Positions 24,559 to 32,956 of a stretch of DNA of 36,580 bases are shown here, piece after piece. The stretch covers positions 1 through 36,580 of the forward strand of contig JAKACF010000001.1 in assembly GCA_021821585.1 (NCBI GenBank), read 5' to 3'. The position numbers and the translations under genes are program-made. Source of the stretch: Actinomycetes bacterium. GTDB lineage: Bacteria; Actinomycetota; Acidimicrobiia; Acidimicrobiales; Bog-793. A model generated the notes under the pieces. That model ran no database searches and had not been told where the DNA came from. It saw only the letters and a program-made list of their open reading frames with translations. Each line of letters begins with the position of its first letter. Positions within the stretch are counted from its first letter, which is position 1.

Positions 24559-25173
24559 TCAGACGGGGTTCTTGACGGCGTCGACGATCAGCGCGCTGAC
24601 GCCCTGTGCCGTGAGTTTGTCCGTGTTCACGACGAGGTCGTAGTGCGTGGGCTGCTCGGCTGACACGCCGTAGAAGCGCCGTATGTAGTCGGCTCGCCCT
24701 GCGTCGGACTGCTTCATCAGGCGGGCCGCTTCGTGCTCGTCGACACCGCGCTCTGTGGCCAACCTGCCCTGGCGTGTCGTGTCGGAAGCGGTCACGTGCA
24801 CTCGGAGCACGTTCTCGCGTGCCGCCAAGGCGAAGGAGGCGGCGTGCGCGAACAGGACGACGTCGCCCGAGGCGGCCGTCTCCTCGATGACGGACCGGAT
24901 CACCTGTCGCAGGCCGTCGCTCGCGTGCTGCCCGAGGCCGACGACGTCGGGCGCCGGCGCTCCGGTCGCGAAGCCCTCGAGCAGCCTCGACACGAGCGAC
25001 TTGCGCCGTTCGACGTCGGCGACCACCTCCTCGTCGATGTTGGCCTCCGAGGCGGCGCGTGCGACGACGTCCTCGTTGATGAGGCGGAAGGCCAGGGCGT
25101 CGGCGACGAGCCGAGCGATCTCTTCGGCCCCGGCCCCGTCCGCGCTCGAGATGCACACCACGTTGTAGGCCAT
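24559..25173 (-). CDS. Cytidylate kinase-like family protein (degenerate P-loop)
   Basis: ORF 24559..25173. Sequence: MAYNVVCISSADGAGAEEIARLVADALAFRLINEDVV...GRADYIRRFYGV...HYDLVVNTD. This matches my memory of the cytidylate-kinase-2 type family. Confidence 0.7.
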   Translation of the reverse strand: MAYNVVCISSADGAGAEEIARLVADALAFRLINEDVVARAASEANIDEEVVADVERRKSLVSRLLEGFATGAPAPDVVGLGQHASDGLRQVIRSVIEETAASGDVVLFAHAASFALAARENVLRVHVTASDTTRQGRLATERGVDEHEAARLMKQSDAGRADYIRRFYGVSAEQPTHYDLVVNTDKLTAQGVSALIVDAVKNPV

Positions 25174-25180
25174 TGCATAG

Positions 25181-25210
25181 AGCCTACGATGGCCGGTAGT
25201 GACCCGTCAA
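25181..25210 (-). promoter_or_regulatory. Candidate promoter: -35 TTGACG (25210-25205), 18-nt spacer, -10 TAGGCT (25186-25181), 7 nt to the ATG (leaderless arrangement)
   Basis: Minus-strand reading: TTGACGggtcactaccggccatcgTAGGCTctatgcaATG. There is no SD. Confidence 0.45.
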
Positions 25211-25385
25211 TAAGGAAGCGGTCCGACTCATGCGATTCCTCAGCCCGGCGCAGGGACGATGCCGCACGATTTGCGCCTGCATTCCAGAGGAAGTGCCGCG
25301 AGCATACGGCCAGTAACCAGGCCAGCCACACGGTGTCGGAGCCGCCGTGAGTCGTCTACATATTTGGCGCTCGATCCTGGTGTGT

Positions 25386-25415
25386 ATGTGACGAGCTCGC
25401 CTCCGATCGTCACAT
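25386..25415. terminator. Hairpin ATGTGACGA-(12 nt)-TCGTCACAT downstream of the MFS gene
   Basis: Perfect 9-bp stem. It lies 46 nt after the MFS stop on the minus strand. It could instead be an operator for the neighbouring gene. Confidence 0.35.
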
Positions 25416-25460
25416 GGTGAAGGCCTCGTTGGCGGAACGCACCGGTCAGGGAACCCGGTG

Positions 25461-27197
25461 TCAGTGGGCGCTCCCGGCCGCCGCCCGGGTCACCGCCAGC
25501 TTCTCGAGCTCGGCGTTCACCATCTCCTCGTGGCGCCGTGCGTCCTCGCGTGCCCGCTTCGGCCGCCAGCGACCGGCCATGAGGAAGATGAAGGGCAGGA
25601 AGAGCGCCTCGCCGGCGACGCACACCCAGTACCAGGTCTGCCACTGGCCGGGGGAGACCTTGGCGGCATGCTTGACGCTCGCCAGTGCGGCGGCGTGGCG
25701 CTGCAAGAACGCGATCTCGCCCTTCAGCTTGGCGTCCTTCGCGGCAGCCGTGAGCTTCGGGATCCCGACCTCCTTGATCGCCGTGGCGAGCAGGGGTCCT
25801 GGGATCTTGGTCGGCGGGTACTTGGCGAGCTGGGCGAAGAGCTTCGGGTGGGCGAGCACGGTGGAGACGTTCGGATCGCTCTTGATGATCGCCTCGGCCC
25901 TCACCGCCAGCGCCCCGCTCTCGACGAGCGGCGTCACCGAGGAGACGACGAAGGGCAGGACGAAGATGGAGAGGGCGACGACGGCGCGGAGGATCCAGCC
26001 CCACACCGCCAGCCCGGTCGCCGTGAGCGCAGGGTTCCGACGCTCCACCGTCTCGGTGAAGCTGGCCATCCACGGGCCGTACGCCGTGGCGAGGAAGATG
26101 GCGAGCAGGCTGAACATCCAGGCAACGGTGTAGTAGCCGGTGTGCGGGTTGGTCGCCTGCTCGAGGTAGAGGATCGTCATGGCCACGGCGCCGAGCCCGC
26201 CGACGATCATGAACGGCTTGCGCACCCGCACCCGGTCCGAGACGATCCCGACGACGATGAGGGCGCCGGCGTCGAAGGCCCACAGCCAGTTCCCGACGGC
26301 GTTGGCCTGGGAGGCGGAGAACCCGAAGATCGTCTCGAAGTAGATCACGTTGAAGCCGACTGCGGTGTAGTAGATGATCAGGAACACCGAGATGGCGAAC
26401 GCCGAGGCGATGATGTCCATGTGCAGCATCTGCCGCCAGGGCCGGCGGAGCGTCGCCGAGATGTCGATGCCCTTGGCCCGGGCCTCGATGAGGGTCCGGT
26501 CCCGGATGCTCACCATGAGCTGGTCTCTCAACCCCGGCGAGAGCTCCCGCAGGCCGACGAGGGCGATCGCGAAGACGACGAGGCCGGCGATACCGCAGAT
26601 GATGAACTGGTCCTGCCACGCGGTGAGGTGGGACAGGGTGTGGCTCGCCACCTCGGCGACGACGAGGCTGCCCACGACCGGGCCGAGTGTCCAGAAACCC
26701 ATCGCGGATGCCCGCCCGAGCTGGGGGGAGAAGTCTCGCACGAGCGCAGGCGTGGCGACGAGGACGATGCCCTCGACGAAGCCGACCGCACAGACCAGCG
26801 TGGCGAAGGCCCACTCGCCCGGGGCGTTCGGGATCCCGAACAGCACGAGCAGGGCGGTGAGCCCGAGCCCGTAGGCCACCATGTTGGCCCGCCCCCAGCG
26901 GTCCGCCAGCCCGGCGAGGATGGAGGTGAAGGCGCCGATGGCGTTGCCCACCACCGTGATGTACACGTAGAAGCGGAACGTCATGTGGTAGTGGGCCAGG
27001 ATCTGCGGTGCGACCGCCCCGGCCACGTACAGCTGGTAGTAGAGGATGATCGTGGCGAGCACGACGATCCCGAGGTAGAAGACTCGGCGTCCCGTGTCCG
27101 GGTAGCGGTCGAGCTCCCGGTACCAGAGCGCCTTCGTGATCGGCCCGTGGCGGGAGGCGTTCTCCCCGCCTGTCACCGCCACCGTCGTCTGGGTCAT
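25461..27197 (-). CDS. MFS transporter with a C-terminal extension of about 155 aa (extra soluble segment plus a 13th predicted TM helix)
   Basis: ORF 25461..27197. SD GGAGGA lies 4 nt before the ATG. It has 12 hydrophobic helices and the loop motif GLADRWGRA. The tail contains WQTWYWVCVAGEALFLPFIFLMAG. Confidence 0.85.
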   Translation of the reverse strand: MTQTTVAVTGGENASRHGPITKALWYRELDRYPDTGRRVFYLGIVVLATIILYYQLYVAGAVAPQILAHYHMTFRFYVYITVVGNAIGAFTSILAGLADRWGRANMVAYGLGLTALLVLFGIPNAPGEWAFATLVCAVGFVEGIVLVATPALVRDFSPQLGRASAMGFWTLGPVVGSLVVAEVASHTLSHLTAWQDQFIICGIAGLVVFAIALVGLRELSPGLRDQLMVSIRDRTLIEARAKGIDISATLRRPWRQMLHMDIIASAFAISVFLIIYYTAVGFNVIYFETIFGFSASQANAVGNWLWAFDAGALIVVGIVSDRVRVRKPFMIVGGLGAVAMTILYLEQATNPHTGYYTVAWMFSLLAIFLATAYGPWMASFTETVERRNPALTATGLAVWGWILRAVVALSIFVLPFVVSSVTPLVESGALAVRAEAIIKSDPNVSTVLAHPKLFAQLAKYPPTKIPGPLLATAIKEVGIPKLTAAAKDAKLKGEIAFLQRHAAALASVKHAAKVSPGQWQTWYWVCVAGEALFLPFIFLMAGRWRPKRAREDARRHEEMVNAELEKLAVTRAAAGSAH

Positions 27198-27297
27198 GGC
27201 GTCCTCCGGTTATGAATGAACGTTTGTATACCTAGCCCTCCGAAGCGTGGGGGTCAAGGTTCTGCAAGGCTGAGGCGACTGAGGGAGGAGGGGTCAG

Positions 27298-27957
27298 ATG
27301 GTGCTCACGGAGACGGCGGACCGGGATCACGGGCATCTCGACGGCAGCCATCTCGCGCTCTCGGGTCCGGCCCGCCGCCTGCTCGAGGCGGCCGGCGAGC
27401 TCTTCTACGACCAGGGAGCGGAGGCGACGACGATCCGGGAGATCACGGCAGCCTGCGGCGTCACCCCGGGAGCCTTCTACAACCACTTCACCTCGAAAGA
27501 AGAGCTCCTTTTCGTCCTCGTCCGTGCCCGCCATCGGCGTCTCGAGGAGGAGGTCACGGCCGCCCAGACCGCCGTCGCCGGGGACCCGTGCGCCGAACTG
27601 TCGGCCATCGTGCGGGTCTACGTCCGGATGCACGTCCGCCAGCACAAGGGAGCCCGCGTGGCGAACCGGGAGTTCCCTCGGCTCACGGGCGACCGGCTTG
27701 CCGAGATCGTGGCCATCCGCCGTCGCCTTCGCGACCGGGTCGTCGACGTGCTGCTGGCGGGTACCCGTACCGGTGCTTTCCAGGTGGCGGGCGGTGACGA
27801 CCATGCCGCCTTCGCGATCACGGCCGCCTCGCTGCTCGACATGCTCGTCCACTGCGGGGAGTGGCTGCGAGAGGATTCGCCGTTGTCGCTCGCCGAGATC
27901 GAGGCACGCTACGTGGAGATGTCACTCCGACTCGTCGGCTGGGCCGCTCGGAACTGA
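27298..27957 (+). CDS. TetR/AcrR family transcriptional regulator
   Basis: ORF 27298..27957, with SD GAGGGAGGAGG upstream. The helix-turn-helix region is LLEAAGELFYDQGAEATTIREITAACGVTPGAFYNHFTSKEELL. It is divergent from the MFS gene. Confidence 0.9.
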   Translation: MVLTETADRDHGHLDGSHLALSGPARRLLEAAGELFYDQGAEATTIREITAACGVTPGAFYNHFTSKEELLFVLVRARHRRLEEEVTAAQTAVAGDPCAELSAIVRVYVRMHVRQHKGARVANREFPRLTGDRLAEIVAIRRRLRDRVVDVLLAGTRTGAFQVAGGDDHAAFAITAASLLDMLVHCGEWLREDSPLSLAEIEARYVEMSLRLVGWAARN

Positions 27958-28237
27958 CGCGCCGAACTCGCTCCGTCGCAACCTCGAGGACCGACCGCGC
28001 CGGACGCCTGCGGCCTGCCGTGGCCCGCTCTCGACCGGGCAGGCAGGCGTATACGGGCTGACCACCCGCCCGCGACGAGGAGGCGCCGCCGCGACGTGCC
28101 CCGATGCATGGGGTCCGCCGTGGCCTCCCGGCGAACCAGGCGCAGTGCTGGCGGGGCAGAGGACGGCCGAGGTTGGAGTGGCTTCGGCCCTCGCCTCCGG
28201 TCGCGCCCGTGGGGCGGACGCGGGCCGTTGCGCGCCC

Positions 28238-29422
28238 TCAGCGCACGAGCGCCTTCGGGAAGGCGAGTGCGGGGAGGACCGCCGCCAGGCTGAGCCCGGC
28301 CAGTGCCCAGAAGACGGCCGTCACGTCGACGTCGCTGACGAGGAAGCCGACCAGGAGGACGAGCACGGCGCCGATCCCGTTTCCGAGACCGAGCGCGATG
28401 CCAGATCCCATGGAGCGGTTCTCCGGGAAGATGTCCTGGCCGATGAGCACCGTGGTGGACGCGGTGAGGAACAGCGCTGGCCCGAGAAGGCCGGCCGCGA
28501 TCCACACGGCTGCTCCGCTGAGGTACGCCACCGGGAGGATCAGCGCTGCCGTTGCCGCCGCCGACAGGACGAGTACCAGCCTTCGCCCGAAGCGGTCTGC
28601 GAGGTGTCCGCCGAAGACGTTCCCGACGACACCCGCCACGATGATCGTCGTGATGATCGATGCTCCCGAGACCAGGCTTCCTCCGCGAAGGTGCCACAGG
28701 ATCGGGATGAAGGTGACGACGCCGTAGGTGGTGAGGGCGCGCACGCCCCGGTACGAGAGCAGCAGGGCGAGGGGGCGACGGTGCTCCTTCCAGCGGATCG
28801 CCGCCCTGGTTCCCCGGGAGGGCGGGAGCTTCGGCGCCATGCGGAAGACGAGTGCCACGGTCGCGAGGCCGGGAATGGCGATGATCCACAGGTAGGACAG
28901 GCCGAGGTTGGCGGCGACGAGGCTGGCAGCCGTGGGCCACACGCCGCGGCCGAGCTCGCCGCCGACGAGGAAGAGCGAGGTGAAGAGCCCCTGCCTGCCT
29001 CGCAGCATGCTGCGCACACCGGCCAGGGCCTGCGGGTGGAAGAAGGCGCTTCCGAACCCGATCAGCAGCAGCAAGACGATCAGCACGCCGAGACTGTGCG
29101 TCACGCCGAGCAGCGCTCCGCCGAGAGAGCTCATGAACAGCCCGAGGGCCACCATCCATCGCCCTCCCACCCGGTCGGCGATCCAGCCGGCGGCCGGCTG
29201 AAAGGCTTGCCCGATCGTGAGGGCGGCGACGAGGACCCCGGCGAGTCGGATCGGCTCGTCCACCGCGACGAGCACCGCCGGCAGCACGCCGGGCAGATAG
29301 TTCGCCGCGCCGTCGTTCAGCAGGTGGGCCCATGTGAGCGCGAGCAGGCGCTGCTTCGACTCCCCGCTCGAGCTCTCGAGCACCACGCCGGGGCGCTCGC
29401 TCGTGGACGCTGTCGTCGTCAC
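28238..29422 (-). CDS. MFS transporter (Fsr-like)
   Basis: ORF 28238..29551. Motifs: LLNDGAANYLPGVLP, GWIADRVGGRW, GHLADRFGRR. Start set at GTG 29422 because the ATG at 29551 would overlap the marR-like gene by 56 nt. The start is uncertain. Confidence 0.75.
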   Translation of the reverse strand: MTTTASTSERPGVVLESSSGESKQRLLALTWAHLLNDGAANYLPGVLPAVLVAVDEPIRLAGVLVAALTIGQAFQPAAGWIADRVGGRWMVALGLFMSSLGGALLGVTHSLGVLIVLLLLIGFGSAFFHPQALAGVRSMLRGRQGLFTSLFLVGGELGRGVWPTAASLVAANLGLSYLWIIAIPGLATVALVFRMAPKLPPSRGTRAAIRWKEHRRPLALLLSYRGVRALTTYGVVTFIPILWHLRGGSLVSGASIITTIIVAGVVGNVFGGHLADRFGRRLVLVLSAAATAALILPVAYLSGAAVWIAAGLLGPALFLTASTTVLIGQDIFPENRSMGSGIALGLGNGIGAVLVLLVGFLVSDVDVTAVFWALAGLSLAAVLPALAFPKALVR

Positions 29423-29495
29423 GGTCGTCTCGGATCCTTCTTCGGCGCCGTCGCGCCGTCGCCGGGGTGCCCGTCGTGAGCGGGGAGGCTCTGTG

Positions 29496-30038
29496 TCATC
29501 GCCGTGCGGCGCCCAGTGAGCCGCCCGACTCCTTGATGGTGGCGGTCTCAACCTCGAGCACCTGCTCGAGGTGACCGAGCAGCCCCTGGAGCCTGTCCAT
29601 TTCCGCCGTGCCGATCAGCTTGGAAAGACGGCGATGCCACGCATGCGCCCGGCCGGCGACCTCGCCGGCCAGCGCGAGCCCCTCCTTGGAAGGATGGATG
29701 CCGCGCCGCTGACGGTGGGCGGGGTCGGGCTCAGAGTGCACGAGGCCGGTCCGTTCGAGGTGGTCGGCCAGGTGCTTGGTGTTGGTCGGGTCGGTGTGGA
29801 GCAGCCGCGCCGCCTCGCGCAGCCCGACGCCCGGCCGCTCGCAGATCACCCGGAGCAGAGCGGCCTGGGGAGGAGTCAGCTCGAGGTCCGCGATCTGCCC
29901 GGCCCAGGCATCCCGGAGCAACCGGTGGCTCCGTCCCATGCGAAAGCCGATCTCGGACTCGAGCGTCGGAGGCCCCGTCGGCCGCCTCGAGATGTCGTTG
30001 GTCGCCGCCTGCGTCACCGTCGCCTCACTCGCCCACAC
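29496..30038 (-). CDS. MarR family transcriptional regulator
   Basis: C-terminal part of ORF 29496..30365. Sequence: IGFRMGRSHRLLRDAWAGQIADLELTPPQAALLRVICERPGVGLREAARLLHTDPTNTKHLADHLERTGLV. Start is GTG 30038, or GTG 30017. Upstream of that point the ORF would overlap the ssrA terminator region. Confidence 0.75.
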   Translation of the reverse strand: MWASEATVTQAATNDISRRPTGPPTLESEIGFRMGRSHRLLRDAWAGQIADLELTPPQAALLRVICERPGVGLREAARLLHTDPTNTKHLADHLERTGLVHSEPDPAHRQRRGIHPSKEGLALAGEVAGRAHAWHRRLSKLIGTAEMDRLQGLLGHLEQVLEVETATIKESGGSLGAARR

Positions 30039-30039
30039 T

Positions 30040-30066
30040 GTAGTCACCACTACGGTTAACGTCGAC
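30040..30066. promoter_or_regulatory. Cluster of short palindromes (GTAGT-cacc-ACTAC, GTTAAC, GTCGAC) immediately upstream of the marR-like gene; candidate operator
   Basis: Read directly from the sequence. MarR proteins usually autoregulate through dyads overlapping their own promoter. No binding data are available. Confidence 0.25.
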
Positions 30067-30186
30067 AGGTGGCGCGCATTCCCGGGCGGTGTGCCGCGTG
30101 GTGGGTCGAGCCGGCGGCCCCAGGAGACAGGGCGGGGAGGGGCGTCTCGGCACGGGAGGGCAGTTTCGACCCGGATGCACCGGAGC

Positions 30187-30226
30187 GCGAGACGACCCCG
30201 CCTGATCTCCGGCGGGGTCGTCTCGC
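30187..30226 (-). terminator. Strong hairpin, 16-bp perfect stem GCGAGACGACCCCGCC / GGCGGGGTCGTCTCGC with an 8-nt loop, downstream of ssrA
   Basis: Perfect complementarity read from the sequence. It lies 40 nt past the tmRNA 3' end on the minus strand. Confidence 0.7.
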
Positions 30227-30265
30227 AGCTCGAGGGACGCCGCTCTCCGACGTCGTCTCGTCTCG

Positions 30266-30613
30266 TGGAGGTGCCGAGAGTCGAACTCGGGTCCTCCGGC
30301 TTCTCAATGGGACTTCTCCGAGCGCAGCCGGCGATCGATCTCGAAGCCCGCCTCGCCACCGGCACCGGACGGACTTCCAGCTGACTGAGATGTCCCTCAG
30401 CGGCGCATCAGCGACACCGCCGAGGTAAGCCCTACGAGATGACGCCCACGACCGACCCGTAGGGCTGGGGCCGGATGGACGTTGCCGCTAGTTAGGCAGC
30501 AAGCACAAGCTGAGGCTTGGCGTTTGTATTGGTTTCCGGCTCTTTAACGTGGCTCCGGAGACCACGGCTCGCTTCTCCCACTTCGACGACCGGAGTCGAA
30601 GCCTGTCACCCCC
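30266..30613 (-). ncRNA. ssrA: tmRNA (transfer-messenger RNA, SsrA)
   Basis: The minus strand starts GGGGGTGACAGGCTTCGACTCCGG and ends GGACCCGAGTTCGACTCTCGGCACCTCCA. The acceptor stem GGGGGUG/CACCUCC has the G3:U pair, and the T-arm is GAGTTCGACTCTC. An internal tag reading frame ends ...GCC AAG CCT CAG CTT GTG CTT GCT GCC TAA (30521-30492). It lies directly downstream of smpB. The 3' CCA is not encoded (the genome reads CGA). Confidence 0.9.
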
Positions 30614-30669
30614 TTGTTCGGGACCGCACCATGGTACCGATACTGCGTGGCCACCACGCCACGGCAGGC

Positions 30670-31179
30670 TCAGCGACCCTGGAACTCCTTGATAGTCCGC
30701 TGCGCCTCCCGGGCGGCGTCACGAGCCGCGATCGCATGGCGTTTGTCGTACAGGCGCCGGCCCCGGGCGAGCGCCAGCTCGACCTTGGCCTTGCCGTCCT
30801 TGAAGTACACCGACAAGGGCACGAGCGTGAGCGACTTCTCGGCGACCTGGCCGGCGAGCTCGTCGAGCTCCCGGCGGTGGAGGAGCAGCTTGCGAGCCCG
30901 GTCCGGCTCGAAGCGGCCGTAGCCCGCCGCGTACTCGTAGGGGGCGACGTGGGCGCCGACCAGCCAGGCCTCCCCCCGCTCCACCCTCGCGTAGGCGTCC
31001 TGGAGCGCGATGTGCCCGGCCCGGAGCGACTTGACCTCTGCGCCGGTGAGGGCGATCCCGCACTCGTAGGTCTCGAGGATCTCGTAGTCGTGGCGGGCGC
31101 GCCGGTTCTGGGCGACGCGCCGGATGCCGCGAGCGGCGTCGTCGCGGGCCCGCGAGCTGGCACTTTTCTTCTTCGCCAC
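30670..31179 (-). CDS. smpB: SsrA-binding protein SmpB
   Basis: GTG 31179. Sequence: AQNRRARHDYEILETYECGIALTGAEVKSLRAGHIALQDAYA...RKLLLHRRELDEL...LVPLSVYFKDGKAKVELALARGRRLYDKR. Confidence 0.95.
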   Translation of the reverse strand: MAKKKSASSRARDDAARGIRRVAQNRRARHDYEILETYECGIALTGAEVKSLRAGHIALQDAYARVERGEAWLVGAHVAPYEYAAGYGRFEPDRARKLLLHRRELDELAGQVAEKSLTLVPLSVYFKDGKAKVELALARGRRLYDKRHAIAARDAAREAQRTIKEFQGR

Positions 31180-31217
31180 GGCGTCACACGGTACCGGCTC
31201 GCAGGGGGTCGGGGATC

Positions 31218-31697
31218 GTGCCGCTCTGCCGCCCGCGCACTACGGTGACCCGGGTGTCGCACGACGAGGCAGTCTTCGAGCAGGGGTCCTCGTTGTCGTT
31301 GACCCGTCGGCACCTCGACGAGATGGCCGCCCACTGCCTCTCGTGCTACCCGGAGGAGGGCTGCGGCCTCCTCGTCGGGGACCTCTCGACCGGGGCCGTC
31401 ACCGAGGTCCACCCGACCGACAACGTCGCCGCCTCCGCCCAGGTCTACACGGTCGACCCGAAGGCGCACCTCCGCATCGACCGGGCGGCAGAGGAGAGGG
31501 GTCTCGCCGTGATCGGCGTCTTCCACTCCCACACCCACACCGATCCGTGGCCCTCGCCGACCGACGTCCGCCAGGCGCCCGACCCGGGATGGCACTACGT
31601 CCTCGTCTCGCTCCGCCACGAGGTGCCCTCGGTGCGTTCCTACCGGATCGTCGACGGGAACATCTCCGAAGAGCCGGTGGTTGTCTCCGGTCAGTAG
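31218..31697 (+). CDS. mec: JAMM/MPN+ metalloprotease Mec (CysO-cysteine peptidase type)
   Basis: ORF 31218..31697. Motifs: PEEGCGLLVG and the JAMM motif HSHTHTDPWPSPTD. The true start may be downstream (GTG 31254). It lies directly upstream of cysO. Confidence 0.8.
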   Translation: MPLCRPRTTVTRVSHDEAVFEQGSSLSLTRRHLDEMAAHCLSCYPEEGCGLLVGDLSTGAVTEVHPTDNVAASAQVYTVDPKAHLRIDRAAEERGLAVIGVFHSHTHTDPWPSPTDVRQAPDPGWHYVLVSLRHEVPSVRSYRIVDGNISEEPVVVSGQ

Positions 31698-31733
31698 AAT
31701 CTGACCAATCCAGTCAACATTTCCGGAGGTGTC

Positions 31734-32009
31734 GTGTCCGTCGAAGTCCGCCTTCCCACCGTGCTGCGCCCCGCCGCCGGCGGGCAGTCCGTCGTGAACG
31801 TCGAGGGAGCGACGATCGGAGAGGTGCTCGGCAGCCTCCAGGCGCGCTTTCCCGGGGTCGAGGGCCAGCTGCTCACCGAGGACGGCTCGCTGCACCGGTT
31901 CGTCAACGTCTACGTGAACGACGACGACGTGCGCTACCTGGAGAAGCTCGACACCAAGGTCCAGGACGGGGACGTGGTGTCCATCCTCCCGGCGGTCGCC
32001 GGCGGCTGA
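31734..32009 (+). CDS. cysO: ThiS/MoaD-family sulfur carrier protein CysO
   Basis: GTG 31734 follows SD GGAGG. The 91-aa beta-grasp-like protein ends in ...ILPAVAGG (C-terminal Gly-Gly). Its stop overlaps the cysM ATG (TGATG). Confidence 0.85.
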   Translation: MSVEVRLPTVLRPAAGGQSVVNVEGATIGEVLGSLQARFPGVEGQLLTEDGSLHRFVNVYVNDDDVRYLEKLDTKVQDGDVVSILPAVAGG

Positions 32010-32956
32010 TGGCCGTCTACTCGAGCATCCTCGACCTCATCGGGAACACGCCGCTCGTCGACGTGTCGGCGCTCAGCCCCAACCCCTCGGTCCGGATCCT
32101 CGTCAAGCTCGAGGGCCAGAACCCCGGCGGGTCGGTGAAGGACCGCCCGGCGCTCGCCATGATCGAGGAGGCCGAGAAGCAGGGACTGCTCGAGCCGGGA
32201 GCCACCCTGATCGAGCCGTCCTCGGGCAACACAGGGATCGGCCTCGCCATGGTCTGCAAGGTGAAGGGCTACCACCTGAAGGTGGTCCTCCCCTCCAACG
32301 TGTCGACCGAGCGCCGGCAGCTGCTCGAGGTCTGGGGGGCCGAGATCATCGAGTCGCCCGGCAGCGAGGGCTCGAACGGCGCGGTGCGGGCCGCCCGGGC
32401 GCTCGCGGCCGAGCACCCCGAGTGGGTCTTCCTCTACCAGTACGCCAACCCCGCCAACCCGAGGGCCCACTACGAGGGGACCGGACCCGAGATCCTCCGC
32501 GACTGCCCGGAGGTGACGCACTTCGTCGCCGGGCTCGGCACGAGCGGCACGCTCATCGGAGTCGGCACCTACCTGAAAGAGCACAAGCCCGACGTCCAGG
32601 TCTGGGCGGTCGAGCCACCATCGGGCGAGCTCGTCGACGGGCTCCGGAGCCTCGACGACGGGTACGTCCCTCCGATCTTCACCGAGGGCGACGGCGAGCA
32701 CCTGCTCGACCGCAAGACGATCGTCGGGCCGCGCGACTCGATCGAGTGGACCCGCCGCCTGACCGAGCTCGGCATCTTCGCCGGGATCTCGACCGGCGCC
32801 GCCATGGCGGGTGCCGCCAAGTGCGCCGCCTCGATCGACTCGGGCGTGGTCGTCATCGTCTCCGCCGACGGGGGCTGGAAGTACCTGTCGACGAGCGCCT
32901 GGACGGGTGAGATCGACGCCGTCGTCGAGCGGGCGAAGTCGATCATCTACTTCTAG
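32009..32956 (+). CDS. cysM: PLP-dependent cysteine synthase, CysM type (uses CysO-thiocarboxylate)
   Basis: ATG 32009 within ORF 31124..32956. Motifs: GNTPLV, KLEGQNPGGSVKDRPA (PLP lysine), SSGNTGIGLA, GLGTSGTLIG. Confidence 0.9.
   Translation: MAVYSSILDLIGNTPLVDVSALSPNPSVRILVKLEGQNPGGSVKDRPALAMIEEAEKQGLLEPGATLIEPSSGNTGIGLAMVCKVKGYHLKVVLPSNVSTERRQLLEVWGAEIIESPGSEGSNGAVRAARALAAEHPEWVFLYQYANPANPRAHYEGTGPEILRDCPEVTHFVAGLGTSGTLIGVGTYLKEHKPDVQVWAVEPPSGELVDGLRSLDDGYVPPIFTEGDGEHLLDRKTIVGPRDSIEWTRRLTELGIFAGISTGAAMAGAAKCAASIDSGVVVIVSADGGWKYLSTSAWTGEIDAVVERAKSIIYF

Noticed and set aside
28036-28050. 15-nt exact repeat CGGGCAGGCAGGCGT, also present at 35230-35244.
   Set aside because: With this base composition, several exact 15-mers shared by chance are expected in 36.6 kb. 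There is no extended similarity around either copy.
24354-30265. Genomic island integrated at the tmRNA 3' end.
   Set aside because: I found no integrase or recombinase and no duplicated copy of the ssrA 3' terminus (only a 7-nt chance match near 27965). The genes are ordinary regulators and transporters. It remains a weak possibility only.
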